A stretch of 63,699 nt of DNA, counting the filler. It is 5 parts of 5 records of this genome, joined end to end, with 100 filler letters (N's around TTAATTAATTAA, not from the genome) between each part and the next. Parts side by side here need not be neighbours in the genome. Positions count along the whole stretch, not along the records: positions 28,160 to 38,142 come from DRR723986_6442; positions 38,243 to 63,699 come from DRR723986_6444; 3 more parts are not named here. One strand, written 5' to 3'. The notes beneath the pieces are model-generated. The model saw only the letters and a program-made list of their open reading frames with translations, searched no databases and was not told the origin of the DNA. Position numbers and translations under genes: made by a program. Every line of letters starts with the position of its first letter. The stretch's first letter is position 1. Positions 35,123 to 46,092 of this stretch are shown one piece after another.

Positions 35123-35662
35123 CTACAGCCCTTCAAAGGCGCAAAGGGCATGCACCTCCATGCCCATGGCCTCTAGCCGCTGGCGCCCGCCCAGATCGGG
35201 CAGATCCACCACAAAGGCACAGCCCACAATATTGGCGCCCAGGCGTTCTACCAGCTTGATCCCTGCCTCGGCGGTGCCGCCCGTGGCCAGCAGATCATCA
35301 ACCAAAAGCACGGTTTCGCCCGGCTGCAGCGCGTCGTCGTGCAGTTCGACCACCGCTTCGCCATATTCCAGCGTGTAGGCCTGCGAAATCACCCCGCCCG
35401 GCAGCTTGCCTTTTTTGCGAATGGGCACAAAGCCGGTGCCCAGCTGATGCGCCACGGCACCGCCCAGAATAAAGCCGCGCGCCTCTAGCCCCACCACTTT
35501 GTCGATGCGCTGGCCCGCATAGGGATGCAGCATTTGGTCAACCGCCATGCGAAACCCGCGCGGATCGGCGAAAAGTGTGGTCACATCGCGAAACAAAATC
35601 CCCTCGTGGGGGAAATCAACGATGGTGCGGATATAGTCTTTTACGGTTTTGGCGGGGGTCAT
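35123..35662 (-). CDS. apt: Adenine phosphoribosyltransferase
   Basis: '[11 protein letters not shown]', 'EARGF', 'RKKGKLP', '[10 protein letters not shown]'. Confidence 0.97.
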   Translation of the reverse strand: MTPAKTVKDYIRTIVDFPHEGILFRDVTTLFADPRGFRMAVDQMLHPYAGQRIDKVVGLEARGFILGGAVAHQLGTGFVPIRKKGKLPGGVISQAYTLEYGEAVVELHDDALQPGETVLLVDDLLATGGTAEAGIKLVERLGANIVGCAFVVDLPDLGGRQRLEAMGMEVHALCAFEGL

Positions 35663-35703
35663 CGATCTATCCTTATGCAAAGGGGCGGTGTGGATGTGCC
35701 AGC

Positions 35704-36396
35704 TCAACGGGTTTGGCGCAAGCCCGTTTCACCTGGCCGGTAATGACGGCGCAGCGCCATTTTGTCTTGGGGGGCCAGCTGTTTGGCGGCGTTGCTATCC
35801 TCGGCAAAGATTGATAGGCCATTGTAATGGCTGTTTTTTATATCGGTCATCAGGCCCAAAGATTGGGTCAGCTCTTCCAGCAGGGCAGATTCGTAATCGC
35901 GGATCGCCAGCCTGCGGGTAAAGACGATATTCGCCCCCTGAATAATGCCCGCCTGATCCCACCAAATGCGCACCGCCCCGCCGCGCACCACGGCCCCCTC
36001 AAAGCCGCGGATGCCCTTGCCCAGCAAAGGCGTGCGCCCATCGTTATCGACAAAATAAAGCCGAATATCGGCCGTGGCGGGGCTGTCTGAGCGGACCAGC
36101 CGAATATTGGCGCCTGTGGCGTTCAGATATTGCACCGCGCGCGCCAAAGCCGCGCGGGCGCGCGCCTGTGGGCGGCCTAAAAACGCCCGGTCCATGCGTG
36201 CGATGGCCACTTTTAGCTGCGCCCCCAGGGGCCAGCGCACCGATGGTTTGGCACAAGCGCCACGCGGCGGGGCGGCACAAGCCACAAGGCGGTAGAAATC
36301 ATCATCCGCCAGGGGGCCGGCCGTTGCGATATAGTCTTGCGCGCGCAAAGGCCCCGCCAAAAGCAGCGCCAGCGCCCAGATCATGGCCAAGCGCAT
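35704..36396 (-). CDS. Secreted DUF2927-like protein
   Basis: Signal peptide; '[12 protein letters not shown]...SIF..D' motif. Confidence 0.7.
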   Translation of the reverse strand: MRLAMIWALALLLAGPLRAQDYIATAGPLADDDFYRLVACAAPPRGACAKPSVRWPLGAQLKVAIARMDRAFLGRPQARARAALARAVQYLNATGANIRLVRSDSPATADIRLYFVDNDGRTPLLGKGIRGFEGAVVRGGAVRIWWDQAGIIQGANIVFTRRLAIRDYESALLEELTQSLGLMTDIKNSHYNGLSIFAEDSNAAKQLAPQDKMALRRHYRPGETGLRQTR

Positions 36397-36399
36397 GGG

Positions 36400-37275
36400 C
36401 TACAATACCCGCCCCGCCACGGCATCGAGGCGGGCTAACACCTGCGGATCACGCGCTGCGGGCGCGGTGATCAAGGCCGTATCCAGCGCATGATCGCAGC
36501 CTTGGGGGCAGGGCAGGCGGGGGGCGCGGCCCAAAAGGGCGGGCAGCGCTGCGATTGTGGCCTGGGCTGCATGCGCATTACGCGACAGCGTTGCAATGAT
36601 ATCAGACACTTGAACCGCGTCATGCCCGGGGTGCCAGCAATCGTAATCTGTAACCATGGCCACCGAGGCATAGCACAGCTCGGCCTCGCGGGCCAATTTC
36701 GCCTCGGGCATATTGGTCATGCCGATCACATCGGCGCCCCATTGCTCGCGATACATCCGGCTTTCGGCCAGGCTGGAAAATTGCGGCCCCTCCATCGCCA
36801 GATAGGTGCCAGCCTTGTGCACGCGCACGCCGCTGGCCTGTGCAGCGCTGGCGCAAAGCGCGCCCAATGCGGCGCAGGTGGGGTGCGCCATGCTGACATG
36901 GGCCACGCATCCGGTGCCGAAAAAGCTGCTGTCGCGGCCCTGGGTGCGGTCGATGAACTGATCGACAATCACAAAATCGCCCGGCGCCATATGCTCGCGA
37001 AACGAGCCGCAGGCCGACATGCTGATCAAATCTGTCACGCCCAGGCGTTTCATCGCATCGATATTGGCGCGGTAGGGCACGGTGCTGGGGCTGTGCACAT
37101 GGCCGCGGCCATGGCGGGGCAAAAACGCCATGGGCACGCCCTGCAAAACCCCGGTTAAAATCGCGTCCGAGGGCGCACCCCAAGGCGTGCTGATCTGGCG
37201 CCATTGGGCATTTTCTAGCCCCTCGAACTGATACAGCCCCGATCCGCCGATCACCCCAATCATTCTATCTGTCAT
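36400..37275 (-). CDS. mtnP: S-methyl-5'-thioadenosine phosphorylase
   Basis: 'IGGSGLY', 'PRHGRGH', 'EGPQFS', 'GMTNMPE', 'TDYDCW'. Confidence 0.95.
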   Translation of the reverse strand: MTDRMIGVIGGSGLYQFEGLENAQWRQISTPWGAPSDAILTGVLQGVPMAFLPRHGRGHVHSPSTVPYRANIDAMKRLGVTDLISMSACGSFREHMAPGDFVIVDQFIDRTQGRDSSFFGTGCVAHVSMAHPTCAALGALCASAAQASGVRVHKAGTYLAMEGPQFSSLAESRMYREQWGADVIGMTNMPEAKLAREAELCYASVAMVTDYDCWHPGHDAVQVSDIIATLSRNAHAAQATIAALPALLGRAPRLPCPQGCDHALDTALITAPAARDPQVLARLDAVAGRVL

Positions 37276-37343
37276 GTTCTGGCCCTTTTCGGCCAGATTG
37301 CCCAAGTCGCAGCGAAAAGAAAAGCCATGCTGCAGGGCGCGCG

Positions 37344-38142
37344 CTACATGCGCAGGCGCCGTTCTCGCCAGATCACCGAGATGATCGCCAAGATCGCCAG
37401 GGCCGAAGTGATGAACATGATCCAAATCAGTGGAAACTCGCCCGCGCCGGGCACCAGCAATGCGCCCGCCAGCGCCGATAATGCCGCGCCGCCGCCGATC
37501 ATAATGGCGCCGCCCAGCCCGCTGGCTGTGCCCGCCAGATGAGGCCTGACCGACAGCATGCCAGCCGTGGCGTTGGAAATGGTCATGCCATTGCCGATGC
37601 CCACCAAGGTCATGAACCCAAAAAAGCTGAAAGGGCCGGAATGGCCGGTGTAAGACGAGATCAGCGACAGCGCCATGCCAAAGGTGCCAATCAGCGTGCC
37701 GTAAAGCACCATTTTGTTCACCCCCACCCGGGCGGCAAAGGCGCCAGTGATCCAGTTGCCCAGGAAATAGCCAATCGAGGGGGCGGCAAAATATAGCCCC
37801 ATTTCGCTGGGCGACAGGCCAAACACATCAGATGCCACAAAGGGTGCGCCGCCGAGATAGGCAAAAAATGCCCCCGATCCCAGCGCCGAGGCCATGCAAT
37901 AGCCCCAAAACCGCGGGCTTGTCAGCAATTCGGGGTATTCCCGAAACTGCCCGGCCAGCGTGTTGTCTGATTTGCGTGCGGTCTCGCCCAGATCGTTCCA
38001 TGCGATGATGAAAACCAGCCCGCCACTGAGCATGAGCAGCGCAAAATTGGCGCGCCAGCCCCAGATTTGTTCCAGCATGCCGCCAATGGCCGGTGCAATC
38101 ATCGGCACCACTGCCATGCCCATCGTGACATAGCCAATCATC
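37344..38142 (-). CDS. Bcr/CflA family MFS efflux transporter (5' truncated)
   Basis: 'APAIGG...WRANF', 'AGTASGL'; multiple TM helices. Confidence 0.88.
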
Positions 38143-38242
38143 NNNNNNNNNNNNNNNNNNNNNNNNNNNNNNNNNNNNNNNNNNNNTTAATTAATTAANN
38201 NNNNNNNNNNNNNNNNNNNNNNNNNNNNNNNNNNNNNNNNNN
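38143..38242. other. Artificial contig linker
   Basis: N-run + TTAATTAATTAA + N-run. Confidence 0.98.
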
Positions 38243-38307
38243 AGACGCACCAGATTTAGGTTCTGGCGCCGCGAGGCGTGGGGGTTCGAGTCCCTTCACC
38301 CGCACCA
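38243..38307 (+). tRNA. tRNA-Leu(TAG), 5' end cut by gap
   Basis: CCAGA-TTTAGGT-TCTGG anticodon arm, long variable arm, GGGGGTTCGAGTCCCTT, ends in ACCA. Confidence 0.92.
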
Positions 38308-38626
38308 CTATTAAATTAGGCGAAAATTCTTAGTTTTCTCGTTGATGCTGACGGTAGGATCTCCCACCGGAGACGAAACTTGGATCGGGCAGAAATCCGC
38401 CGTTTTTGCAGCACGGCGGTCGAACGGGAACACCGCAAGCCACCGTGATTTCGTTTAACTCATGTTGCAGGTTGTTGTCGCGGATGAGTTTGGTTTGAGT
38501 GGCCGGCTTTTAGGGAAGCATGATCGCCGTGTCTTACCTGTGCAGGCTTTGCGTTAGTTTACCGATCGCAGGAAAGTCTGATGGCCCCCTAGGGAGCAGG
38601 GTGGTTCAGTGATATGTTGCGATGCC

Positions 38627-39161
38627 CTAAGACGCTGGTGAGGTCGCGTCTTTCAAGGCCCGGTTCAAGCGTTTGGTGGGCTCCGGGGTGTATTTTATAG
38701 AATACGCCTGATTCTTTCGGTAAATCCGATGTTCAGCGCTATAGCTGCCGTTGAATTCGCGCACTGTGATTTCGATCAGAATGGCAAAATCGGGGACCTC
38801 ACCTTGCGCAAACTGGTTGCGCAAACCGGGAACGTGCACCAGCGTGTCCTGTCGCACATCCCATACCGAAGGAAACGGCTATCGCCTGTCTTAGTTGCGA
38901 TCTTGCAGTCAATCCTTGGATCAGCACCCAGAGCAATCGAAAGAACAACCCGGGCTCTGCCAGTTTGTCGTTCAGTTCTAACAGGCGCCGCCCCGCGTCG
39001 ACCCGTACCGAACGATTGCGCAGGTTCAGGTCGACCCCTTTCATGCGATCCAAACTGAACACAACTTGAGTGCCGCGCAGATCATCGGTGGCATCCAGCA
39101 CTGAATCGGCTGGCAGGGTCGCATCGCGCAGGGCGCGGATGGTTTGCTGATCTGGCATCAA
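38627..39161 (-). pseudogene. Degraded FAD-binding oxidoreductase
   Basis: Fragments in different frames: 'SLDRM...VDAG', 'LGADP..ATKTG..FLRYGDVR', 'SAEH'; large internal deletion. Confidence 0.65.
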
Positions 39162-39448
39162 ACCGCAAACACTGCGTTAAAGACCGCCATCCCAGCCTGA
39201 ACCGAGTTGGCTTCGGTGGCTGCGTAGTGATCAATTTCAGCCAACGCGATGGCCCCAAACGCCCGTTCAAACATCAGCTGGTTGAGGTTTTGAACAAATT
39301 CGTCGCCAAGGTTGGACTGAAAGATGCCCGCAGCCGAAACCGCCACCGCCTGTTCCTTTGGCATGCGCGGGATGGATCAGGTGCCCAACGCATCCGTACA
39401 CTTGATGCCCAGCTGCTCCACCTTGGGTGTCTGCATCCCCTTCGTCTA

Positions 39449-39984
39449 AGGCACATGGTGCACAATCTGGTCCGCCCAGGATGTGGCCCTCACTGGGGCT
39501 GACCTCCACTAGGTGAGTGAGTAGGCGGTGTTTTCCCTCTGCCGTCTGCCGGGACATCACGCCTTACGCGACATTGCGGGGAGCTTTTGTTATCTCAACA
39601 ACGCTGCCATCGCCGCACAGGCCCATCGCAATTCAGGGGCTGAGCGGGTTGCTATTCTGGACATCGACTATCACCAAGGCAATGGTACCCAGTCGATCTT
39701 TTATGGCCGCGCGGATGTGTTCTTTGCCTCGCTGCATTGCCGCCCCCAAGATGAACACCCCTTTCTGATGGGATATGACACAGAAACCGGCATGGGCGAC
39801 GGCCCTGCACAGGATTCGCAATTTTACACCCGATGCTCTGGTCGTGTCTTTGGGTGTCGACAGCTTTGCCGGCGATCGCGCCGACTGGTTTGAACTACAA
39901 AGCTCAAACTACCTGGCAATCGAGCACTGGATATGGACGCTCAACCGACCAATCCACATCATCATGGGATATTCTGGGCGCTGA
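39449..39984 (+). pseudogene. Degraded histone deacetylase/acetylpolyamine amidohydrolase-family gene
   Basis: 'CRLPGHHA...FCYLNNAA', 'LDIDYHQGNGTQ', then 'SLGVD' after a frameshift; in-frame stops upstream. Confidence 0.75.
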
Positions 39985-40065
39985 TCTGCTTGCCGCAGAG
40001 CAGCGGCAAGATGTTCGCGGGGATACGGGTCCAAAAATCGTATCCCCTTTGACTATTGTAGAAAA

Positions 40066-42156
40066 TCAAGCAGGCGACAGGGCAACCGACACCCCGTTGA
40101 AGGCTGCATTACCACTTATTGGGTCGATGCGGGTATCATCTGTTAGATCATTGATCGAAACAGTTTGAACGCGCGTTGCCGTTGTAAGTTGCCCTTTTTC
40201 CTGTCCCCATCCCTGTGGAATAGACACAACACCCGGCGCCATGGCTGAGGTCACTTCAGCCGGCAAGGTGATTGTTCCTACGCGCGCCGAAACTTGAACG
40301 TCGTCACTGTCGGAAATTCCCAGTTTGTCTGCATCTTGAGGGTGAATCTGAACAGTACACCGGTTTCGCCCTTTGACCAGACGCTCACTGTTTTGCGTCC
40401 AACTGTTGTGGTTGCGCGCTTGGCGGCGGCCAATCATGACAAAGGGGCGTTCGGGGTCCAGAGTGTTCGCCTGTGCCAGCAGTCGTGGCAGGTCACCCAA
40501 AAAGACTTGTGGTGCGAGGGACAGACGGCCCTCGGGCGTTTCCAACCGGGTGCTAAGATTTGGCACCAATGGCCCAAGGTCAACAGATCCCTGGGCTGCT
40601 TCAAGCTTAGGAATGGTCACGTCATCTGCATGGAAACCACGTGCCAATAACGCAGTCAAAACCCGCTCTGGTGCCGGGCCAATGGTGTTGGCTCCCGTCA
40701 GTTTTGCCTGCAGTCTGGCAATGATCTCCCACTCTTGCGGATTGTCGTTTGGCGGGCTGAACAGGGCTGGCGCATAGGCGGCGGTGTTTCTGACGGCAAA
40801 GCTATGGAATACGATGTCATAGATCATCTCCTCCAATGCCACCGTGCCGGGTAGAATGAGATCGGCGTGTCGGGTTGTGTCGTTCAAGTGGATGTCGATG
40901 GACATTACGAAGTCCAATTTCTCCATGGCTCGGTCAATCCGTCGCCCGTTCGGGGCTGTTAAGACGGGGTTGCCTGCGACGGTAACCAGCGCTTTGATTT
41001 GGCCCTCGCCCGGGGTCTCCATTTCCTCTGCCATCACGGAAACTGGAAACTCACCATTATACAGTGGTTGGCCGGACACCCGTGAACGGCGTTCTGGGTA
41101 GCTGCGCACTTTGCCCTTGCGAGATGTCATTCCAACATAATCCAGGGCAGGGGTGGTGAACATCGCTCCACCTTGAGAATCAAAGTTCCCGGTGATGATG
41201 TTTAAAACGTTAGTGGCCCACTGGCAGAGCCCCCCGAAACTCTGGGTCGACGCCCCCATACGTGAATAGCACACCGCACTTTCAGCCTGAGAGAAGGCGC
41301 GCGCAAGATTGCGGATGGTGTCCTCATCAATGCCAGTGGATTTGGCGGCATACTCTGGGGTAAATGGCGAGATGTGCGCGCGCAACGTGTCGAGACCATC
41401 AAGCAATGGTGTCAGATGCCCTGCATTTTCCAACCCTTCGGCTAAAATAACGTGGATCATGGCCAATAGCAGGTCGGCGTCGGTTTCAGGACGAATAAAG
41501 AGATGTTCGTCCGCTTTTTCAGCAGTTTCAGTACGACGAGGATCGATAACGACAACCTGCCCACCGCGCTCTTGCAACTCTGCTATCCGTCGGCCAAACC
41601 CTGGGGCTGTCATCATTGACCCGTTGGAAACCAGTGGATTGCCCCCAATGATCACCATGAAATCTGTCCGGTCAATATCTGGAACTGGGATCAACATGGG
41701 GTGGCCGAGCATATGGATAGATGCCACGTGGTGCGGGATCTGATCAGCAGTCGCTGAGCTGTACCGGTTGCTGGTTCCAATGGCTTTGATCAACCCGGGC
41801 AGGTTCATCAAGTTGCCAAACTTGTGGGCGTTGGGATTGCCGAGATAAACGCCCACAGCATCAGGCCCATGTACATCTTGAACGGTTCGGATCTGTTCCG
41901 CGGCGAAATCCAGGGCCTCTTCCCATTCAATTTCCACGAACTCGCCATCAATTTTTCGCAAAGGTTTGGTGATGCGATCAGGGTCAGTTCGGAAATCTTG
42001 CAAAGCCACAGCTTTGGGGCAGATATGCCCGCGTGACAAGGGATCATCGGGATCCGCCTTAATGGATAGGACTTGATCCGCGTCATGCATAATTATCAGG
42101 CCGCACATGGCCTCGCAGATATTGCAGGTGCGATGTTGTGTTTGCGGCTCTTGCAT
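40066..42156 (-). CDS. Molybdopterin-dependent oxidoreductase (DMSO reductase superfamily, uncharacterised subfamily)
   Basis: N-terminal CxxCxxxC...C Fe-S motif, 'GGNPLVSNGS', 'IDPRRTETA', C-terminal molybdopterin-dinucleotide domain; no Tat signal. Confidence 0.9.
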   Translation of the reverse strand: MQEPQTQHRTCNICEAMCGLIIMHDADQVLSIKADPDDPLSRGHICPKAVALQDFRTDPDRITKPLRKIDGEFVEIEWEEALDFAAEQIRTVQDVHGPDAVGVYLGNPNAHKFGNLMNLPGLIKAIGTSNRYSSATADQIPHHVASIHMLGHPMLIPVPDIDRTDFMVIIGGNPLVSNGSMMTAPGFGRRIAELQERGGQVVVIDPRRTETAEKADEHLFIRPETDADLLLAMIHVILAEGLENAGHLTPLLDGLDTLRAHISPFTPEYAAKSTGIDEDTIRNLARAFSQAESAVCYSRMGASTQSFGGLCQWATNVLNIITGNFDSQGGAMFTTPALDYVGMTSRKGKVRSYPERRSRVSGQPLYNGEFPVSVMAEEMETPGEGQIKALVTVAGNPVLTAPNGRRIDRAMEKLDFVMSIDIHLNDTTRHADLILPGTVALEEMIYDIVFHSFAVRNTAAYAPALFSPPNDNPQEWEIIARLQAKLTGANTIGPAPERVLTALLARGFHADDVTIPKLEAAQGSVDLGPLVPNLSTRLETPEGRLSLAPQVFLGDLPRLLAQANTLDPERPFVMIGRRQARNHNSWTQNSERLVKGRNRCTVQIHPQDADKLGISDSDDVQVSARVGTITLPAEVTSAMAPGVVSIPQGWGQEKGQLTTATRVQTVSINDLTDDTRIDPISGNAAFNGVSVALSPA

Positions 42157-42238
42157 GGGGTCCTCGCGGGGGGAAATAGCTGGGATAAGAGATACAATAA
42201 GGGCGCCCGAAACAGTCGGACGCCCATTTGTTAGCGCT

Positions 42239-43399
42239 TTATTCTTCGTGGACCTTTTTCCAGTTGCCATCTTCGACAACAGAAACATAGACAGAGTCCG
42301 CACCTTGGTGATCATCAGGGGCAAAGTCGATGTAGTTGCCCACCAACTCATCCTCGTACTTGAGGCTTTCCATTGCGGCGATAAAGCTGTCGTGGGTCAG
42401 GTCTGGTCCCGCAGCTTCAAGCGCGCGCACCATGAGCGCGGCCGAGGCATAGCCTAACATTGCAAAGCCCACCGGGTCCTCGCCGTTGGCCGCCTTGTAT
42501 TCCTCGATGAACGCTTTGGGGGCGGGTTGATCCGCGCGCGCCCAGAGATCTTGCCAGCTGGCCGCCGCATAAAGTCCTTCGGTCACGCCGCCCGGCACCT
42601 TTGCCACCACGGTCAGGAAACCGGCCGAAGTGTTCATGAACTTCATGTCACTCAGGCCCATTTTCTTGGCGGTGCCTGCGACTGTGATGCTTTGACGGAC
42701 AGTCAACGCCATCGAAACGATGTCGCACCCTTCGGACTTCAGTTTGGACAATGAACCGACGAAATCTGACTCATCTGGTTTGTGTGTTGTTTCAGCTGCA
42801 AAAGTAATGCCAGCTTCTTTGGCGCCTTCTTTCGATCCTTCTAGGATCTCTTTGCCGAAGTCAGTCGGCAGGTACATGGTGCACACTTCCTGTGCGCCGA
42901 ATTCACCGGCCAAGTATTTCACACCGATGCGCGCCTGTTCGAAATAATCCGCGAAGGAGACGAATTTGTTGCGGACAGGGTCTTGCAACATTTGACGTGC
43001 TGCGGACAGAGGGGCGACGTTGGGAATGCCTTTGGGATCTAAAAGCTTAAAACCAGCCAGGTTCATCGGGGTGCCAAGGCTCTGCAGCATGGCGAAAACC
43101 TTGTCGCGGTTCAGCAGCTTGTTATAGCCCTGCATCGCACGCGGCATCTGGTATCCATTGTCTTCGACGATGAACTTGATCTGGCGCCCATGTACACCAC
43201 CGGCGGCATTCACTTTTTCAAAGTAAAGGTTCGCCCCCTTGGTGGCCGGAACCCCAACAGCCGCAAACACGCCGGACAGGTCATTGACTGACCCAATGGT
43301 CACTTCGGTATCGGAGACACCTTGCGTATCCGCCTGCGCCAGCGTTGCTGCTGCCGTCAGGGCGGTGGCTGTCGCCAGCCGTTTGATGAGTGTTTTCAT
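42239..43399 (-). CDS. ABC transporter substrate-binding protein (LivK-like)
   Basis: Signal peptide; 'QGVSDTEVTIG..DLSG', 'NAAGGVHGR'. Confidence 0.9.
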   Translation of the reverse strand: MKTLIKRLATATALTAAATLAQADTQGVSDTEVTIGSVNDLSGVFAAVGVPATKGANLYFEKVNAAGGVHGRQIKFIVEDNGYQMPRAMQGYNKLLNRDKVFAMLQSLGTPMNLAGFKLLDPKGIPNVAPLSAARQMLQDPVRNKFVSFADYFEQARIGVKYLAGEFGAQEVCTMYLPTDFGKEILEGSKEGAKEAGITFAAETTHKPDESDFVGSLSKLKSEGCDIVSMALTVRQSITVAGTAKKMGLSDMKFMNTSAGFLTVVAKVPGGVTEGLYAAASWQDLWARADQPAPKAFIEEYKAANGEDPVGFAMLGYASAALMVRALEAAGPDLTHDSFIAAMESLKYEDELVGNYIDFAPDDHQGADSVYVSVVEDGNWKKVHEE

Positions 43400-43429
43400 G
43401 TGTTTCCTCCCTATGGAACCTTTTTGTTT

Positions 43430-45328
43430 TTAGTACATGTCGTCGATCAGATGGGCGTGCGCCTTTTCAACATAACTGCGTTTCAGCTTCATCGTGGCCG
43501 TAAGCTCCTCGTCTTCGGCAGTCAAAAGCACGTCGATCAAGCGGAAATCCTTGATCTGTTCAACGCGTGCGAATTCCTTGTTGACCGCGTTGACCTCCTT
43601 AGCGATCAAATCTTTGACCTCTTGTGCCGCACAGAGCGAGGCAAAGTTGGAAAACGGCACTTTGGTATCCTGAGCGTATTTCTCTACGTTCTCTTGATCA
43701 ATCATTATCAACGCCGTCAGATACTTGCGCCGATCACCGATGATCACCGCGTCTGAAACAAAATGGCTGAACTTGAGCCGGCTTTCAATTTCCGCCGGGG
43801 TGATGTTCTTGCCGCCTGCCGTGATGATGATGTCCTTGAGACGCCCGGTGATGGTTAGAAACCCGTCGCTATCCATGCTCCCGACATCGCCGGTGCGCAG
43901 CCAGCCGTCGGCGGTAAAGGTCTCGGCGGTTTTTTCGTTGTTGCGCCAGTAACCTTGGAAATTGTTCAGACCCTTTGTTTGGATCTCGCCATCATCGGCG
44001 ATGCGGATGTCATAGCCGGGCACCGCCTTGCCGATGGTGCCAACTTTGTTTTCCTCCATCGTATTGATGGACCCCAGACCCGCAGTTTCGGTCATGCCCC
44101 AACCTTCGAGCAGGGGCACACCAATGGACCAGTACCATTTCAACAACTCGGGCGAGATCGGCGCTGCGCCAGAGCCGCCACGTCGCATTTTGTCCATGCC
44201 CAGCATGCGCCGCAGGTTGCGCAGTACCAACCGATCCCAAAGCCAGAATTTTGCCGCCACACCTGCAGGAACCGGTTTGTTCGCCAGCAGGTATTCGGCG
44301 CGTTCCATTCCGGCTTTTATCGCCAAACCAAAGGCGGCACGGCCTGTTGGCGTGGCCTCTTGGGTCAGGATCAGAACCTGTGAGTAGATCTTTTCCCAGA
44401 CACGCGGCACAGCCACAAACGTCGCGGGCGATACCTCTTGTAGGTTAGCAAATACCGTTTCCGGACTTTCGGCGAAGTTCACGGTGCTTTTAGTCGCCAG
44501 TGGGAAATAGATCGACACATTCCGTTCAAGGATATGACACAGCGGCAGGAAACACAGCTGTTCGTCAGTGTCATATGTGGGCAGGCGATGTGCGCCCGCT
44601 TCGATCCCGGCCATAATATTTTCGTGGCACAACATCCCGCCCTTAGGTTTGCCGGTGGTGCCCGAAGTATAGATCAGCAAAGCTGTGTCCTCTGGGCGAG
44701 CCAGAGCAATTTCGGTTTCAAAAATACCGGGCTCGTCCTGTTCAGCTTGGCGACCGATCTCATACAGGTCGTCGATCATGATGCAACGGTGATGCTCGAG
44801 ATCGTGCAGGCCTTCGTCTTCGAGGATGATCACATTGAGCAGACCTGGAACCTCGGCTTCGATTTGCAGGAACTTGTCCAGTTGTTCTTCGTTTTCGACG
44901 ATCAAGAAACGGCTGTCACTGTCAGTGATCAGATAGGCCAACTGGCTGGCGGAATCGGTGGTATACACGCCTGAGGCAATGCCGCCGACACACTGAATTC
45001 CCAAATCAGAATAGGCCCATTCCTTCCGATCTTCGGACAGGATCGAGACGACTTCGCCTCGTTGCAGGCCCAGCTTGCGCAGGCCCAAGCCGATCCATTT
45101 TGCGTGTTGCCAGTAATCAGCCCAGGAATAGGTTTTCCAGATTCCAAAATCTTTTTCCCGATGGGCGGTGCGATTGCCCAGATCAGCACAGCGTTTCTGG
45201 AACAGGCTGACGATGGTGTCGGACCCATCAACAAAAACGGGGCGTTGTCCGGGATTTACATTGAATGAAACCCCGTTGATCACGGTCTGGGCGGGCAGGG
45301 TGGGTGCATCCATATCGCTCACCTCCAT
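43430..45328 (-). CDS. Long-chain acyl-CoA synthetase (AMP-dependent ligase)
   Basis: 'YTSGTTGKPKG', 'GWGMTE', 'TGD', 'GRLKD..TAGGKN'. Confidence 0.93.
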   Translation of the reverse strand: MEVSDMDAPTLPAQTVINGVSFNVNPGQRPVFVDGSDTIVSLFQKRCADLGNRTAHREKDFGIWKTYSWADYWQHAKWIGLGLRKLGLQRGEVVSILSEDRKEWAYSDLGIQCVGGIASGVYTTDSASQLAYLITDSDSRFLIVENEEQLDKFLQIEAEVPGLLNVIILEDEGLHDLEHHRCIMIDDLYEIGRQAEQDEPGIFETEIALARPEDTALLIYTSGTTGKPKGGMLCHENIMAGIEAGAHRLPTYDTDEQLCFLPLCHILERNVSIYFPLATKSTVNFAESPETVFANLQEVSPATFVAVPRVWEKIYSQVLILTQEATPTGRAAFGLAIKAGMERAEYLLANKPVPAGVAAKFWLWDRLVLRNLRRMLGMDKMRRGGSGAAPISPELLKWYWSIGVPLLEGWGMTETAGLGSINTMEENKVGTIGKAVPGYDIRIADDGEIQTKGLNNFQGYWRNNEKTAETFTADGWLRTGDVGSMDSDGFLTITGRLKDIIITAGGKNITPAEIESRLKFSHFVSDAVIIGDRRKYLTALIMIDQENVEKYAQDTKVPFSNFASLCAAQEVKDLIAKEVNAVNKEFARVEQIKDFRLIDVLLTAEDEELTATMKLKRSYVEKAHAHLIDDMY

Positions 45329-46092
45329 GTTTTCTTACGTTTCCAACGACGGGTTTCCCGAGCGCCTTCTTCTTGTACACCCAGATAGAAACTCTGGATG
45401 TCCTCAGACGCCATCAGGGCCTCGGCTGTTCCGTCCATGACAATGCGCCCGACCTCCATGACATAGCCGTCATGGGCAAGATTGAGCGCGGCGCTTGCGT
45501 TCTGTTCCACCAGCATCATTGTCATATTCTGTTCTTCGTTGAGCCGTTTGAGGATCTCAAAGATTTCCTGAACCAGCAACGGTGACAGACCCAACGAGGG
45601 TTCATCCAGCAGCATGATTTTGGGGTTGGCCATCAATCCCCGCCCAATGGCGAGCATCTGTTGTTGTCCACCTGACAGCGTGCCGGATTCTTGATTGCGG
45701 CGTTCTTTCAGGATCGGGAAGTAGTTGAATACCAGTTCACGGTCACGTTCGATCTGCGTTTTGTCATTCGAGGTATAGGCGCCAAGGCTCAGGTTCTCGT
45801 CCACAGTGAGCAGCGGGAACACTTCGCGTCCCTCTGGTACATGAACGATACCTTGCTGAACAACTTTGTGCGGTTCTTCGCCCTGGATCTGACGGCCTTC
45901 AAACTCGATAGTGCCCTTTTCGGGATCCATCACGCCCGACACGGTTTTCATCAACGTTGTCTTGCCGGCACCATTTGCTCCAAGGATCGACACGATCCGA
46001 CCGGGATGCACATCCAAGGATACACCGCGGATGGCCATGATCGGGCCATAAAAGCTTTCGACATTGCGGATTTTCAGAATGGGTTCGCTCAT
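45319..46092 (-). CDS. ABC transporter ATP-binding protein (LivF-like)
   Basis: GANGAGKT, 'LSGGQQQM', 'LDEPSLGL'. Confidence 0.93.
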   Translation of the reverse strand: MSEPILKIRNVESFYGPIMAIRGVSLDVHPGRIVSILGANGAGKTTLMKTVSGVMDPEKGTIEFEGRQIQGEEPHKVVQQGIVHVPEGREVFPLLTVDENLSLGAYTSNDKTQIERDRELVFNYFPILKERRNQESGTLSGGQQQMLAIGRGLMANPKIMLLDEPSLGLSPLLVQEIFEILKRLNEEQNMTMMLVEQNASAALNLAHDGYVMEVGRIVMDGTAEALMASEDIQSFYLGVQEEGARETRRWKRKKTWR

